A stretch of 64,000 bases of DNA from contig VOPR01000010.1 in NCBI GenBank assembly GCA_009594995.1, positions 31,062 to 95,061 on the forward strand, given 5' to 3'. The DNA comes from Nitrospira sp. (GTDB lineage Bacteria; Nitrospirota; Nitrospiria; Nitrospirales; Nitrospiraceae). A program made the translations under genes and the position numbers. Below, in pieces: positions 9,574 through 18,014 of this stretch. Numbering within the stretch: the first letter of the stretch is position 1; each line of letters starts with the position of its first letter. Below the pieces are notes generated by a model. That model did not search any database. It was not told where the DNA came from and was given only the letters and a program-made list of their open reading frames with translations.

Positions 9574-9690
9574 ACCTTCACCTCCCTCCGAAGCCTGCAG
9601 AGCGTCTGGCGAACGCCAACGACGAGGGGGATGTCCCCCTTATTCTCAGGCTGCGCAGCGTGCGCATCACGCTGGTGTGGATTTAAATAA
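9574..9690 (-). promoter_or_regulatory. Structured rpsB 5' leader (candidate S2 autoregulatory RNA)
   Basis: Nested stems AGCCTG/CAGGCT, AGGGGG/CCCCCT and GCGCA/TGCGC, with CACAC near the 5' end and CGGAGG before the RBS. Confidence 0.5.
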
Positions 9691-9801
9691 GACGTCCCTG
9701 ATTTTGACTGCACATCGGTGAACGGTGGGACGAACCATTCATCTCACGAAACGCCAGAACGCTAGCATAATGGCCAGGATTTTGCAACCGCGCGGGGTGC
9801 C

Positions 9802-11013
9802 TCACGAGCGGTAACTCGCGTTGATACGCACGTATTCATAGGACAAATCGGTAGTCCACATGTGTGCGCCGGCCTTGCCTTGGGCGAGGTCGACGAGAAT
9901 GGTAAATTCTTTCATCTGAAAGACCTTGCTCAGTCGCCGTTCCGCCACGCGTCCCAGTCCGAGGCCGTTGCGCACCATCGGTACATCTCCAAATTGTAAG
10001 CTGACACGGGCAGGGTCAATGGGCACCCCCGCGCGTCCGAGTGCCGCCATGACGCGGCCCCAATTGGCGTCACCGCCGAAGAGCGCGGTTTTGACCAGGT
10101 TGGATGTGGCGATGGTCTGTGCAACTTGTTTAGCCGTTTTCGTCGATGTGGCCCGCTGTACTTCAACGCGCACGACCTTGGTGACCCCTTCGCCGTCCCA
10201 ACAAATTTTTAGCGCCAGGGTACGGCAGACCGTTTCAACCATGGCGCAGAATTGTTGGAAGTCTGCGGAGCCGGGTTTGAGTATCCGGTTTCCCGCCATG
10301 CCGTTGGCAAGGCAGAGAACGGTATCGTTCGTGCTCGTGTCGCCGTCGACCGTGATGCAATTGAATGACTGATCGACTGCCTGCCTGAGCGCCTGTTGGA
10401 GGGCGTGCTGACTGATGGCGGCATCGGTGGTGAGATAGCCCAGCATGGTCGCCATGTTGGGGTGAATCATGCCGGACCCCTTGGCCATGCCGCCGACCGT
10501 CACCATTTTTCCGCCAAGTTGCGCCTGCACCGCGACCTGCTTCGGCTTGAGGTCCGTGGTCATGATCGCCTCGGCCGCCTCGCGTCCGCCGCGGCGTGTC
10601 ACTCGGGCGGCGAGGGCAGGCAAAGCCTTTTTGATGCATCCGATCGGCAGCGGTTGGCCGATCACTCCGGTCGAACCCACGAAGATCGTGTGCGGCGGGC
10701 AGTCGAGGGCCGTCGCTGCCAGTTGCGCCATTTCCTTGGCGGCTCGCATGCCGTCCGGGCCCGTACAGGCGTTGGCATTGCCGCTGTTGATGAGGAATGC
10801 GCGGCCGACACCTTTTTTGAGATGCAGGCGATCGAGGATGACCGGTGCGGCCACCACTTGGTTTGTGGTGAAGACCCCGGCGACGGGACCCTCCTGATCA
10901 GACACCAGCAGCGCCAGGTCGAGTTGTTGTTTCTTCTTTTTCTTAATGCCACAGTAGACTCCGGCAGCCCGAAAGCCGATCGGAGCCGTTACGCCCCCAG
11001 TCATAATCTTCAT
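9802..11013 (-). CDS. argJ: Bifunctional ornithine acetyltransferase/N-acetylglutamate synthase
   Basis: NSGNANACTG, STGVIG, KGSGMIHPNMATML, DGDTSTND, DGEG, ANWGR. Confidence 0.98.
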   Translation of the reverse strand: MKIMTGGVTAPIGFRAAGVYCGIKKKKKQQLDLALLVSDQEGPVAGVFTTNQVVAAPVILDRLHLKKGVGRAFLINSGNANACTGPDGMRAAKEMAQLAATALDCPPHTIFVGSTGVIGQPLPIGCIKKALPALAARVTRRGGREAAEAIMTTDLKPKQVAVQAQLGGKMVTVGGMAKGSGMIHPNMATMLGYLTTDAAISQHALQQALRQAVDQSFNCITVDGDTSTNDTVLCLANGMAGNRILKPGSADFQQFCAMVETVCRTLALKICWDGEGVTKVVRVEVQRATSTKTAKQVAQTIATSNLVKTALFGGDANWGRVMAALGRAGVPIDPARVSLQFGDVPMVRNGLGLGRVAERRLSKVFQMKEFTILVDLAQGKAGAHMWTTDLSYEYVRINASYRS

Positions 11014-11071
11014 CGCTGATCCTGTGTGGTGTAGGTATGTCGCTGGTACGACGCCATGATGGATGTGTGTG

Positions 11072-12145
11072 CTAGGGATAGATGCCCGGTGCCACCAGTC
11101 CTGTTTCTTCCGGATATCCCAGCATAAGGTTCATCGCCTGAATGGCCTGTCCCGCCGCACCTTTAATGAGGTTGTCGATGGCCGATACAGTGACAACCCA
11201 GCCGGCGCGCATATCGGCGTGCACGGCAATATCACAGTAGTTGGCGCCTCGTACATGGCGGGGATTCGGCATGGTGTTTTCAGGGAGTCGCACAAACCGT
11301 TCGCCTTTGTAGAACTCGCGATAGAGCGTTCTCAGCTCGGCAACATCCAGCTTGCCCTTCATTCGCGCATAGGCGGTGCTGAGAATCCCCCGATTCATGG
11401 GAACCAGATGCGGCGTGAAGGCAATGGTGACCGGGGTGCCTTGTTGGCCGCCTGCTGTCACGCGTGTACCTGCCAAACCGGTAAGTTCTTGCTCGATTTC
11501 TGGAATATGTCGATGCTGACCGATTTTGTAGGGTTCCAGGGATTCGTGTGCTTCCGGGAAGTGGTAGGGGAGAGCCGGGCTTCTTCCCGCGCCCGACACG
11601 CCCGACTTGGCGTCGATCACAATCGTATCCGGCACGATCAGTCCATGGGCGATCAGTGGCGCCAACTGCAGAATGGCGGCTGTTGGATAACATCCGGGTG
11701 AGGCTACGAGGCGCGCCTTAGCGATGGCAGACCGGTGGAGTTCCGGCAATCCGTATACGGCTCCTTCAATCAAATCGGGATGCGCATGCGGGGTTTGATA
11801 CCAGGTTTCATAGGTGCGAGGATTTTTGAGTCTGAAGTCGGCGCTCAGGTCGATGACACGCTTGCCGGCTTTCAGGCAGCTCGCCACAGGTCCCATGGAC
11901 TTGGTGTGGGGTAGGGCCAGAAAGAGCACATCGGCTCGTTCCGCCAGAGCTTCCGGTGCGAGCGCTTCGAAGGTCAGCGGCACAATGCCTTGCAGGTGAG
12001 GATACACGGCCGAGATAGTTGCACCGGCAGACTTCTCTGATGTCACCGCCGTCAATTGAACGTGGGGGTGTTGGGACAGGAGCCGCATCAATTCAGCTCC
12101 GGTATATCCGCTGGCCCCGGCTACCGCTACTCGTACCGCCGTCAT
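11072..12145 (-). CDS. argC: N-acetyl-gamma-glutamyl-phosphate reductase
   Basis: GASGYTG, DLSADFR, PGCYPT, DAKSGVSGAG, DNLIKGAAGQA. Confidence 0.98.
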   Translation of the reverse strand: MTAVRVAVAGASGYTGAELMRLLSQHPHVQLTAVTSEKSAGATISAVYPHLQGIVPLTFEALAPEALAERADVLFLALPHTKSMGPVASCLKAGKRVIDLSADFRLKNPRTYETWYQTPHAHPDLIEGAVYGLPELHRSAIAKARLVASPGCYPTAAILQLAPLIAHGLIVPDTIVIDAKSGVSGAGRSPALPYHFPEAHESLEPYKIGQHRHIPEIEQELTGLAGTRVTAGGQQGTPVTIAFTPHLVPMNRGILSTAYARMKGKLDVAELRTLYREFYKGERFVRLPENTMPNPRHVRGANYCDIAVHADMRAGWVVTVSAIDNLIKGAAGQAIQAMNLMLGYPEETGLVAPGIYP

Positions 12146-12199
12146 GTCTTGCCTCCCGGCCCGTCGTAGGTTGTGGTCTGATACGATCGCCAGATGAAT

Positions 12200-12233
12200 A
12201 AAAAAAAGGGAAGGCTGCGGAGCCTTCCCTTTT
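12200..12233 (-). terminator. Rho-independent terminator of rplM-rpsI (potentially bidirectional)
   Basis: On the minus strand: AAAAGGGAAGGCT-CCGC-AGCCTTCCC-T8. Confidence 0.9.
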
Positions 12234-12257
12234 GAACCCTGTCGCTCCAGTGTTTGT

Positions 12258-12650
12258 TTACCGCTTCGAGTATTGGAAGCGCTTTCTGGCGCCCTTCTGA
12301 CCGTACTTTTTGCGTTCTTTCACGCGGGAGTCACGGGTCAGCAGCCCTTCCTTCTTGAGGGGGCTACGAAACGCCGCACTCATGATGACCAGGGCCTTCG
12401 AGATAGCATGGCGTAAAGCTCCGGCCTGGCCTGCCGGTCCACCGCCATACACCGTGGCCTTGACCGAATATTTTCCGGCAACCCCGGCCAACTCAAACGG
12501 AAACTGGATTACATTCCGTAGTGTCATGCGAGGGAACGCCTTCTCGAGCGGCTTCTCGTTGACGACAATGTCGCCGGCGGCGGCGGTGACCCATGCGCGA
12601 GCGATCGCGCTCTTTCTCTTCCCAGTTGCGTACTGCGTCATTGCTGCCAT
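12258..12650 (-). CDS. rpsI: 30S ribosomal protein S9
   Basis: TGKRKSAIAR, GGG..GQAGA, ERKKYG...ARKRFQYSKR. Confidence 0.99.
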   Translation of the reverse strand: MAAMTQYATGKRKSAIARAWVTAAAGDIVVNEKPLEKAFPRMTLRNVIQFPFELAGVAGKYSVKATVYGGGPAGQAGALRHAISKALVIMSAAFRSPLKKEGLLTRDSRVKERKKYGQKGARKRFQYSKR

Positions 12651-12692
12651 ATCAGGCGGCCTCCTTCACAGATCGAGTCAGAACAATAAAGA

Positions 12693-13133
12693 TCACAGTG
12701 AGAGTGATTCCAGTTGCTGTGCTTGGTGCGGATGCGTGGAACCCGCGTACACGCGCAATTTCTTCGCCATGTGGTTGCCGAGCGGGGTCTTGGGCAGCAT
12801 GCCTTCGATCGCCTTTGTCAGCAACTTGGTGGGGTCCTTTTTATGGATATGCTCGGCGGTAAGGGTCTTCAGTCCGCCCGGATATCCCGTGTGATACGAG
12901 TAGGTCTTGTTCTCCATCTTGTTGCCGGTGAGAACAACCTTCTCCGCATTGACGATGACGACATGATCCCCGGTATCGACATGGGGCGTAAAGGTCGGTT
13001 TATGCTTGCCTCGAAGCAGGGTGGCGACCTTCGCCGCAAGGCGACCGAGGGTCTTTCCCTCGGCGTCTACCAAGAACCATTTCCGCTTCACATTCGCTGG
13101 CTTTTCGAGATACGTTTTTGTCATGGTCTCCAT
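12693..13133 (-). CDS. rplM: 50S ribosomal protein L13
   Basis: [32 protein letters not shown]. Confidence 0.99.
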   Translation of the reverse strand: METMTKTYLEKPANVKRKWFLVDAEGKTLGRLAAKVATLLRGKHKPTFTPHVDTGDHVVIVNAEKVVLTGNKMENKTYSYHTGYPGGLKTLTAEHIHKKDPTKLLTKAIEGMLPKTPLGNHMAKKLRVYAGSTHPHQAQQLESLSL

Positions 13134-13175
13134 CTACTCCTGCACGAAAGGGATTCTAATGTGAGGTATCAGGCC

Positions 13176-13661
13176 TCACGCCTGTTGGGGTTCAGTGTTA
13201 TTGGCGTCGAGCTTATTGATCCAGGCATCCAAATGAACTGCCGTACGCCGGTTGAGTACATCTTGTGTGGCATATATCGGGCATCCGGCGCGAAGCGCCA
13301 GGGCAATGGCATCGCTTGGCCTGGCATCCAAGGTTCGATGCAGGCCCTTTGAGGCAAACGCGATGCTCGCATAATACGTACTGCTCTTCACATCCGTAAT
13401 CACGACCCGCTCGATTCGGACGCCGAGGTGATCCGCAAAGCTTCGGATGAGATCGTGGCTCATCGGTCGCGGCGTCACCACATGCTCCATCGCGAGTCGA
13501 ATCGCATTGCCTTCGGCGGACCCTACCCAAATTGGCAACGTCACCGTCGCATCTTCGTTTTTTAACACGACGATGCGGGTATCAGTGTTGCCATCGTCCA
13601 GCACCTGCTTGACGGACAGGGCGACCAGCTCGGCGGCCTCGTGTTGTTCCTTGGCGTCCAC
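13176..13661 (-). CDS. Bifunctional nuclease (DUF151/BFN) family protein, paralog 2
   Basis: LPIWVG..E..AI, RPMSHDL, DARPSDAIALALR. Confidence 0.92.
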   Translation of the reverse strand: MDAKEQHEAAELVALSVKQVLDDGNTDTRIVVLKNEDATVTLPIWVGSAEGNAIRLAMEHVVTPRPMSHDLIRSFADHLGVRIERVVITDVKSSTYYASIAFASKGLHRTLDARPSDAIALALRAGCPIYATQDVLNRRTAVHLDAWINKLDANNTEPQQA

Positions 13662-13663
13662 GG

Positions 13664-14119
13664 CTACGTGTCTAGTTTCCCGAAATCTTCGGGTTTCAGG
13701 TTTTCAAGCCACTGCTCGAGTTCTTCGGACGACTGTTTCTTGATAACTTTTTCACTCGCAAAGATCGGCGCGCTGGTTCGAAGTGCGAGAGCAATCGCGT
13801 CACTGGGACGGGAATCGACGGTATATTCAGAGTCTTCGTACATCAGGTGAATCGTGGCGAAGTACGTATTGTCGTTCAGGTCTGTGATCACCACGCTGAT
13901 GATCTTTGCATCAAAGGTTTCCAGGAACGATTTCATCAGATCGTGGGTCATGGGGCGCGGTGCGGTTACGCTTTCTAGCGCAAGACCGATGGCGCTCGCC
14001 TCTGATTTTCCAACCCAGATCGGGAGCATGTCCGAATTCTCTTCGTCTCGCAACACCACTATATAGGCGTTGTTATAGGGGTCGAAAATCAGCCCCTTGA
14101 CCCGCATTTGTGTAATCAC
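13664..14119 (-). CDS. Bifunctional nuclease (DUF151/BFN) family protein, paralog 1
   Basis: LPIWVG.SEA, RPMTHDL, DSRPSDAIALALR, C-terminal LENLKPEDFGK; likely GTG start at 14119. Confidence 0.93.
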   Translation of the reverse strand: MITQMRVKGLIFDPYNNAYIVVLRDEENSDMLPIWVGKSEASAIGLALESVTAPRPMTHDLMKSFLETFDAKIISVVITDLNDNTYFATIHLMYEDSEYTVDSRPSDAIALALRTSAPIFASEKVIKKQSSEELEQWLENLKPEDFGKLDT

Positions 14120-14167
14120 GGCGGGAGTGTCCTTCCCGATGTCAGCTAAAAACCTCAAGAATAGGGC

Positions 14168-14197
14168 ACTCTAGCACTTCCGAAATCAGAGTGTCAA
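14168..14197 (-). promoter_or_regulatory. Sigma70 promoter overlapped by a CIRCE-like inverted repeat
   Basis: Minus strand TTGACA-18-TAGAGT; plus strand CTAGCACTT-N9-GAGTGTCAA (14171-14197) versus CIRCE TTAGCACTC-N9-GAGTGCTAA. Confidence 0.55.
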
Positions 14198-14372
14198 TGA
14201 ATTCAGTGTGGTGGAGGGTCCGAGAGGAGTCAGAGCCGGAGCAATTTGCATCACTATCTCAATTGAAGGGTAGGTCCTCGCGTTAGATGGTCGGGGTGAC
14301 AGCAGTGGAGTTGATCGCGCCTCTGCCCCTCACGCCTAAGCGCGGGGGCGGGCTGAGCCACCTATCGATTTC

Positions 14373-14654
14373 TTATGTGCCGGCCGGCCGAAAGTTCTGG
14401 TCCAGCTTAGACGTGTCAGTTTGCTCGCCAAGCTTCAGGAAGGCCTTCATCTGCTTTTTGACGAGTTCGCGGCCGCTTTCGTCGCCGAGATTGACCTGAT
14501 ATTCATTGATGACCATGACCCGCATCCCTTCCCATTTCTTCCAGCAGGGCTTGCAGACCTTTGCCTTGATTTCAGCTTCAAGCTTTCCGAGGAATAACAT
14601 ATCAGTAATTGCTTCGCCTGCCAGCCCGCAGGTGACACACTGCACATCTGCCAT
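14373..14654 (-). CDS. YggX-like Fe(II)-trafficking/oxidative damage protection protein
   Basis: G.L..EI..KV...CW..W....M.INEY..NL.D...R..V..QM..FL pattern. Confidence 0.8.
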   Translation of the reverse strand: MADVQCVTCGLAGEAITDMLFLGKLEAEIKAKVCKPCWKKWEGMRVMVINEYQVNLGDESGRELVKKQMKAFLKLGEQTDTSKLDQNFRPAGT

Positions 14655-14837
14655 GGTTGCCTCCGTAATTCTGTCGCGTCTCTCTGCTCATAATGGAACG
14701 CGGCATTCTAGCATCAGTATCGGGCAGAAAAAAGAGTGTGCCGTGCGGATTGACGAGTTCATGGGTTCATGTTAAAAAAGCGTCCCCTCAGATTCTGAGG
14801 ATCGGTCGGTAAAAATATGTTTCAGGACGAGTCATGT

Positions 14838-14924
14838 GCCCGGATGGCGGAACTGGCAGACGCGCCGGACTCAAAATCCGGTTCTCGCAAGAGAGTGGGA
14901 GTTCGACCCTCCCTCTGGGCACCA
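14838..14924 (+). tRNA. tRNA-Leu(CAA)
   Basis: Acceptor stem GCCCGGA/TCTGGGC, anticodon arm CCGGA-CTCAAAA-TCCGG, long variable arm, GTTCGA T-loop, encoded CCA; promoter TTGACG-17-TAAAAA at 14750-14778. Confidence 0.97.
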
Positions 14925-15037
14925 TCATACTGTAGCGCAGCCGACTCTCAGACCGTTTCGAACTCATCTTTCACGATAGATTGCCCCTCACCATGCCGAG
15001 CGAAGACGAATGAATAGGGCAGTGCCAGCCACGACGA

Positions 15038-15099
15038 CACTATATAGTGGATGTCTGGTCCGAAAACCTCTTGACATGATGTGGGGGTTAGCCTATAGT
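15038..15099 (+). promoter_or_regulatory. Palindromic operator plus near-consensus sigma70 promoter
   Basis: CACTATATAGTG (15038-15049); TTGACA-17-TATAGT (15071-15099). Confidence 0.7.
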
Positions 15100-15195
15100 T
15101 CGCCCGAATTTGCTTTGGAATACTTATGACTCGTTTGGTTTATCGCCGTCCATCATCAATCTCTTATCAATTCCAACTCACTAAGGAGGCAGCAC

Positions 15196-15978
15196 ATGCG
15201 TAACGTGTTGGCACTTGGAGCTGCGGTGCTTTTCATCAGCTCCGTTGGTGTTGCAGGCGCTCAAGAGCGTTTGCCACAGTCCTCGTCGGGATCAGGATTC
15301 GGTGTCGGCAATTCAGTCGGAGACGTGTCAGGGAACTCCGGCCGTACGGCAGCGTTCGATCGGTCCGCGTTCATGGAACGCCTTTCCCAAGCGGAAACGG
15401 TGTTTGGACGTGTACTAGCCATCGATATTCCCGGTGGAAAGCTTCACCTGGAGACGGGTGGCAGTTCTCATGATGAAGGCCGTGCAGGTCAGGGCGCAAT
15501 GTCCTCCCTCACGCTCTTTATTGATGACAAGACCAATCTTGATCAGATCCGTGTGTTGAATGCTGGTGATGATATTTCAGTTCAGGTTGTTGAGCCGGCA
15601 AATCAACGGGCAGAGCAGGGTGTCTACGGGACTGGCCGTAAGCTCGTGCGCGAAGTCTATTTGATGCGCGGCAATGAGAAGCTGGCTGGTTTCGGTGGCC
15701 TCGGCCAGCGTCCGTCTCCGTCGACGGAGCGTGGAATTGAAACCAATTCCGCCACGAATACCGGTGGTCCTGTCGGTGGAGTGTTCCCTGGAACGGTCAC
15801 CAGCGGCGTGGTCACCACCACCGTGGGTGAATTCACCGGAACCGCACCGTGCTGGAATTGTGAACCGCAGCCGGGATGGGGTTACCAGACCGTCACTCCT
15901 GAAACCAAAGTTCAGAACAAGTCTGACTATGGGACTGATGGTGCCAAGCCCAATCTGCAGAAGGGCTGGACGAACTAA
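15196..15978 (+). CDS. Secreted Gly/Ser/Thr-rich hypothetical protein with an OB-fold-like core and CxxC
   Basis: Signal peptide ending AGA-Q; AAGGAGG RBS; own promoter and terminator. Confidence 0.8.
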   Translation: MRNVLALGAAVLFISSVGVAGAQERLPQSSSGSGFGVGNSVGDVSGNSGRTAAFDRSAFMERLSQAETVFGRVLAIDIPGGKLHLETGGSSHDEGRAGQGAMSSLTLFIDDKTNLDQIRVLNAGDDISVQVVEPANQRAEQGVYGTGRKLVREVYLMRGNEKLAGFGGLGQRPSPSTERGIETNSATNTGGPVGGVFPGTVTSGVVTTTVGEFTGTAPCWNCEPQPGWGYQTVTPETKVQNKSDYGTDGAKPNLQKGWTN

Positions 15979-15984
15979 GCGTTA

Positions 15985-16042
15985 CGACCATCCAGATGGT
16001 CGCTTGTTGAGCGGGGTGCTTCGAAAGGAGCGCCCCGCTTTT
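15985..16042 (+). terminator. Double hairpin/intrinsic terminator
   Basis: CGACCAT-CCAG-ATGGTCG followed by AGCGGGGTGCT-TCGAAAGG-AGCGCCCCGCT-TTT. Confidence 0.8.
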
Positions 16043-16129
16043 CATTTCTGTACGTAGCGTCCCCATATCTTTCTTGAAACGTGCAGGGTCGCTTGGTATC
16101 ATTATTGATAAATTTTAGCGAAAGTTGAT

Positions 16130-16390
16130 ATGTCTGACACACCGTCACATGTGCTCGTTCCCGATGAAGAGTTGGATCTTCGTGGCGTCATCTGCCCGTA
16201 CAATTTCGTGAAGACCAAACTCAAGCTTGAGGGCATGGCACCAGGCAAGCTCCTCCTGGTTCACCTGGACGACGGGGATCCTATCCGCAATGTGCCTCGC
16301 AGTGTTAGCGATGATGGCCATGATGTGTTATCGCAGGAGCGAGCCGATCAGTCCTTCCGTGTCGTGATACGAAAGCGGCTCGACGAATAA
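16130..16390 (+). CDS. TusA/SirA-family sulfur carrier
   Basis: LDLRGVICPYNFVKTKL..E.M..G..L...LDDG.P..NVP; promoter TTGAAA-17-TATCAT at 16074-16102. Confidence 0.9.
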   Translation: MSDTPSHVLVPDEELDLRGVICPYNFVKTKLKLEGMAPGKLLLVHLDDGDPIRNVPRSVSDDGHDVLSQERADQSFRVVIRKRLDE

Positions 16391-16393
16391 TCA

Positions 16394-17143
16394 TCACACC
16401 TGTTTCCTTGCTCCCTTCCTTGGTAGCGTTGCCCCTTCTACGATTAGAGTAACCTGCGACGAATTGACGTGAATCGGATCTCCTTCAAGGAGTGTTCGAA
16501 CTCGTCCCCTTACAATGTTTTGCGTCTTTTTCGTCAGGTCGAATGCCAGGACGACGTGCCGATTCCCGAATGTACTCGATATCAGTCTGAGCATTTGTTG
16601 CAAGTCTTTCACCGGCGGAAGAAAGATCATCGTGCGTGGTTCAGCGCGCAATAGTTGAAGACGCCGGGCAATCGTGCGAATACCGCCTGAACACCGGCCT
16701 TCAAACACGAAGGCATTTCCGTCCATCCCGCTCATGGCGGTCGCCGCAACCACAGCGGACGTTCCAGGTATCACCTCGGTGGGGATTTGTTCCTTCAATG
16801 CTGCTGCAATGAGTACTCGCCCGGGATCGTACACCACGGGCATGCCGCAATCTGAGACCAGCGCGATGTGAAGACCTTTTCTGAGACGATCCAGCAGAAT
16901 GGGCGTTTTTTCAGCCGCATTGTTTCGATCATACGTAGTGACGGTAGCGGAAACTCCGTGATGCGACAGCAGGGCCTGAGTGGACTGGGGATTCTTGGCT
17001 GCGATGAGATCGACATCCCGAAGTGTCGCAAGAGCACGGATCGTGAGATCATCCGGATGTCCGATCGGCACGCCGACGATGAATAATACGCCGAGATGAG
17101 GGGCAGTTTGAGCGCACGTTCCTTGACTCCGTTCTCGTGGCAT
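16394..17143 (-). CDS. rsmI: 16S rRNA (cytidine1402-2'-O)-methyltransferase, divergent
   Basis: LFIVGVPIG..DD.T.RA..TL..VD.IAA, ALVSDCGMP...DPG, IPG.SA, DLTK. Confidence 0.8.
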   Translation of the reverse strand: MPRERSQGTCAQTAPHLGVLFIVGVPIGHPDDLTIRALATLRDVDLIAAKNPQSTQALLSHHGVSATVTTYDRNNAAEKTPILLDRLRKGLHIALVSDCGMPVVYDPGRVLIAAALKEQIPTEVIPGTSAVVAATAMSGMDGNAFVFEGRCSGGIRTIARRLQLLRAEPRTMIFLPPVKDLQQMLRLISSTFGNRHVVLAFDLTKKTQNIVRGRVRTLLEGDPIHVNSSQVTLIVEGATLPRKGARKQV

Positions 17144-17207
17144 CGATATAATTTCCAGTTCCTAAAAAAAGTGGCTTTGCGCTGAAATGTTGCGAGGATA
17201 GGGCACT

Positions 17208-18014
17208 ATGTCGTCGGTCTTTTTCGTGCTCACGATGGGGCTGTATTTTGTGAGCACGGTGTGCTATCTGGCATATCTGCTCCGGCGGGCCGAAACACTC
17301 TCAAAGGTTTCGCTCGGCATTACGGCTGCCGGCTTTGCCACCCACACCGTTGCCCTGGTTGCCAGAATGGCTGACAGTAGCCAGGCTCAACTGCCGACGT
17401 TTCATGAAGCCCTCTCGTTTTTTTCCTGGATGCTGATTCTGGTGTTCCTGGCAGTTGAATTCCGCCGGCAACTCCACGTGCTCGGCTCCTTCATCGTACC
17501 ATTGGCGCTCATTTCTCTTGTCACCGCAGCGGCGTTTCGTTCAGACGGAGCGTCCAGTCTGCAGCCGGTCTTTAAAACACTCTGGGTTCACGTGACCCTC
17601 AGCATGCTGGGGACGGTGGGGTTTGCCGTCGCCTTCGTTGCGGGGGTGATGTATCTCATTCAGGATCGCCTACTCAAGTCGAAACGGTTCAATGTCCTCT
17701 ACGCAAAATTGCCCGCCCTGGATTACCTTGACCATTTGAACCAGCAATCCATCGTCATGGGGTTTCCGCTGTTAACTCTCGGAATCATCAGTGGAGCCTT
17801 TTCTGCTGAGATCGTCCGGGGAACCTATGTGAACTGGAATCCTGAGCAGACCTGGGCCATGGTGACGTGGGGATTCTACTTTGCGGTTCTGCTCGGGCGC
17901 CTGACTATCGGCTGGCGCGCCAAGCGGGCGGCGTATCTCACGATCATCGGTTTTGCCGGCGTCATTCTGACCCTGATCGGGGTGGTGCTGAAAAGTCACG
18001 GGTCGGTGTCCTGA
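17208..18014 (+). CDS. ccsA: Cytochrome c assembly protein (CcsA/HemX-like)
   Basis: Multiple TM helices, conserved His in WVHV, GFPLLTLGIISG, W.P..TW WWD-like motif; directly upstream of hemA. Confidence 0.85.
   Translation: MSSVFFVLTMGLYFVSTVCYLAYLLRRAETLSKVSLGITAAGFATHTVALVARMADSSQAQLPTFHEALSFFSWMLILVFLAVEFRRQLHVLGSFIVPLALISLVTAAAFRSDGASSLQPVFKTLWVHVTLSMLGTVGFAVAFVAGVMYLIQDRLLKSKRFNVLYAKLPALDYLDHLNQQSIVMGFPLLTLGIISGAFSAEIVRGTYVNWNPEQTWAMVTWGFYFAVLLGRLTIGWRAKRAAYLTIIGFAGVILTLIGVVLKSHGSVS

Noticed and set aside
10925-10946. KKKKKQQ run in ArgJ (A-rich tract)
   Set aside because: In frame with mixed codons; not a homopolymer phase-variation tract.
14324-14352. GC-rich hairpin downstream of the yggX-like gene
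   Set aside because: Imperfect stem with no U-tract; cannot be called a terminator or ncRNA.
14817-15017. 66-aa ORF
   Set aside because: Overlaps tRNA-Leu; spurious.
14925-15030. Possible integration site after tRNA-Leu
   Set aside because: No integrase and no duplicated tRNA 3' end seen.
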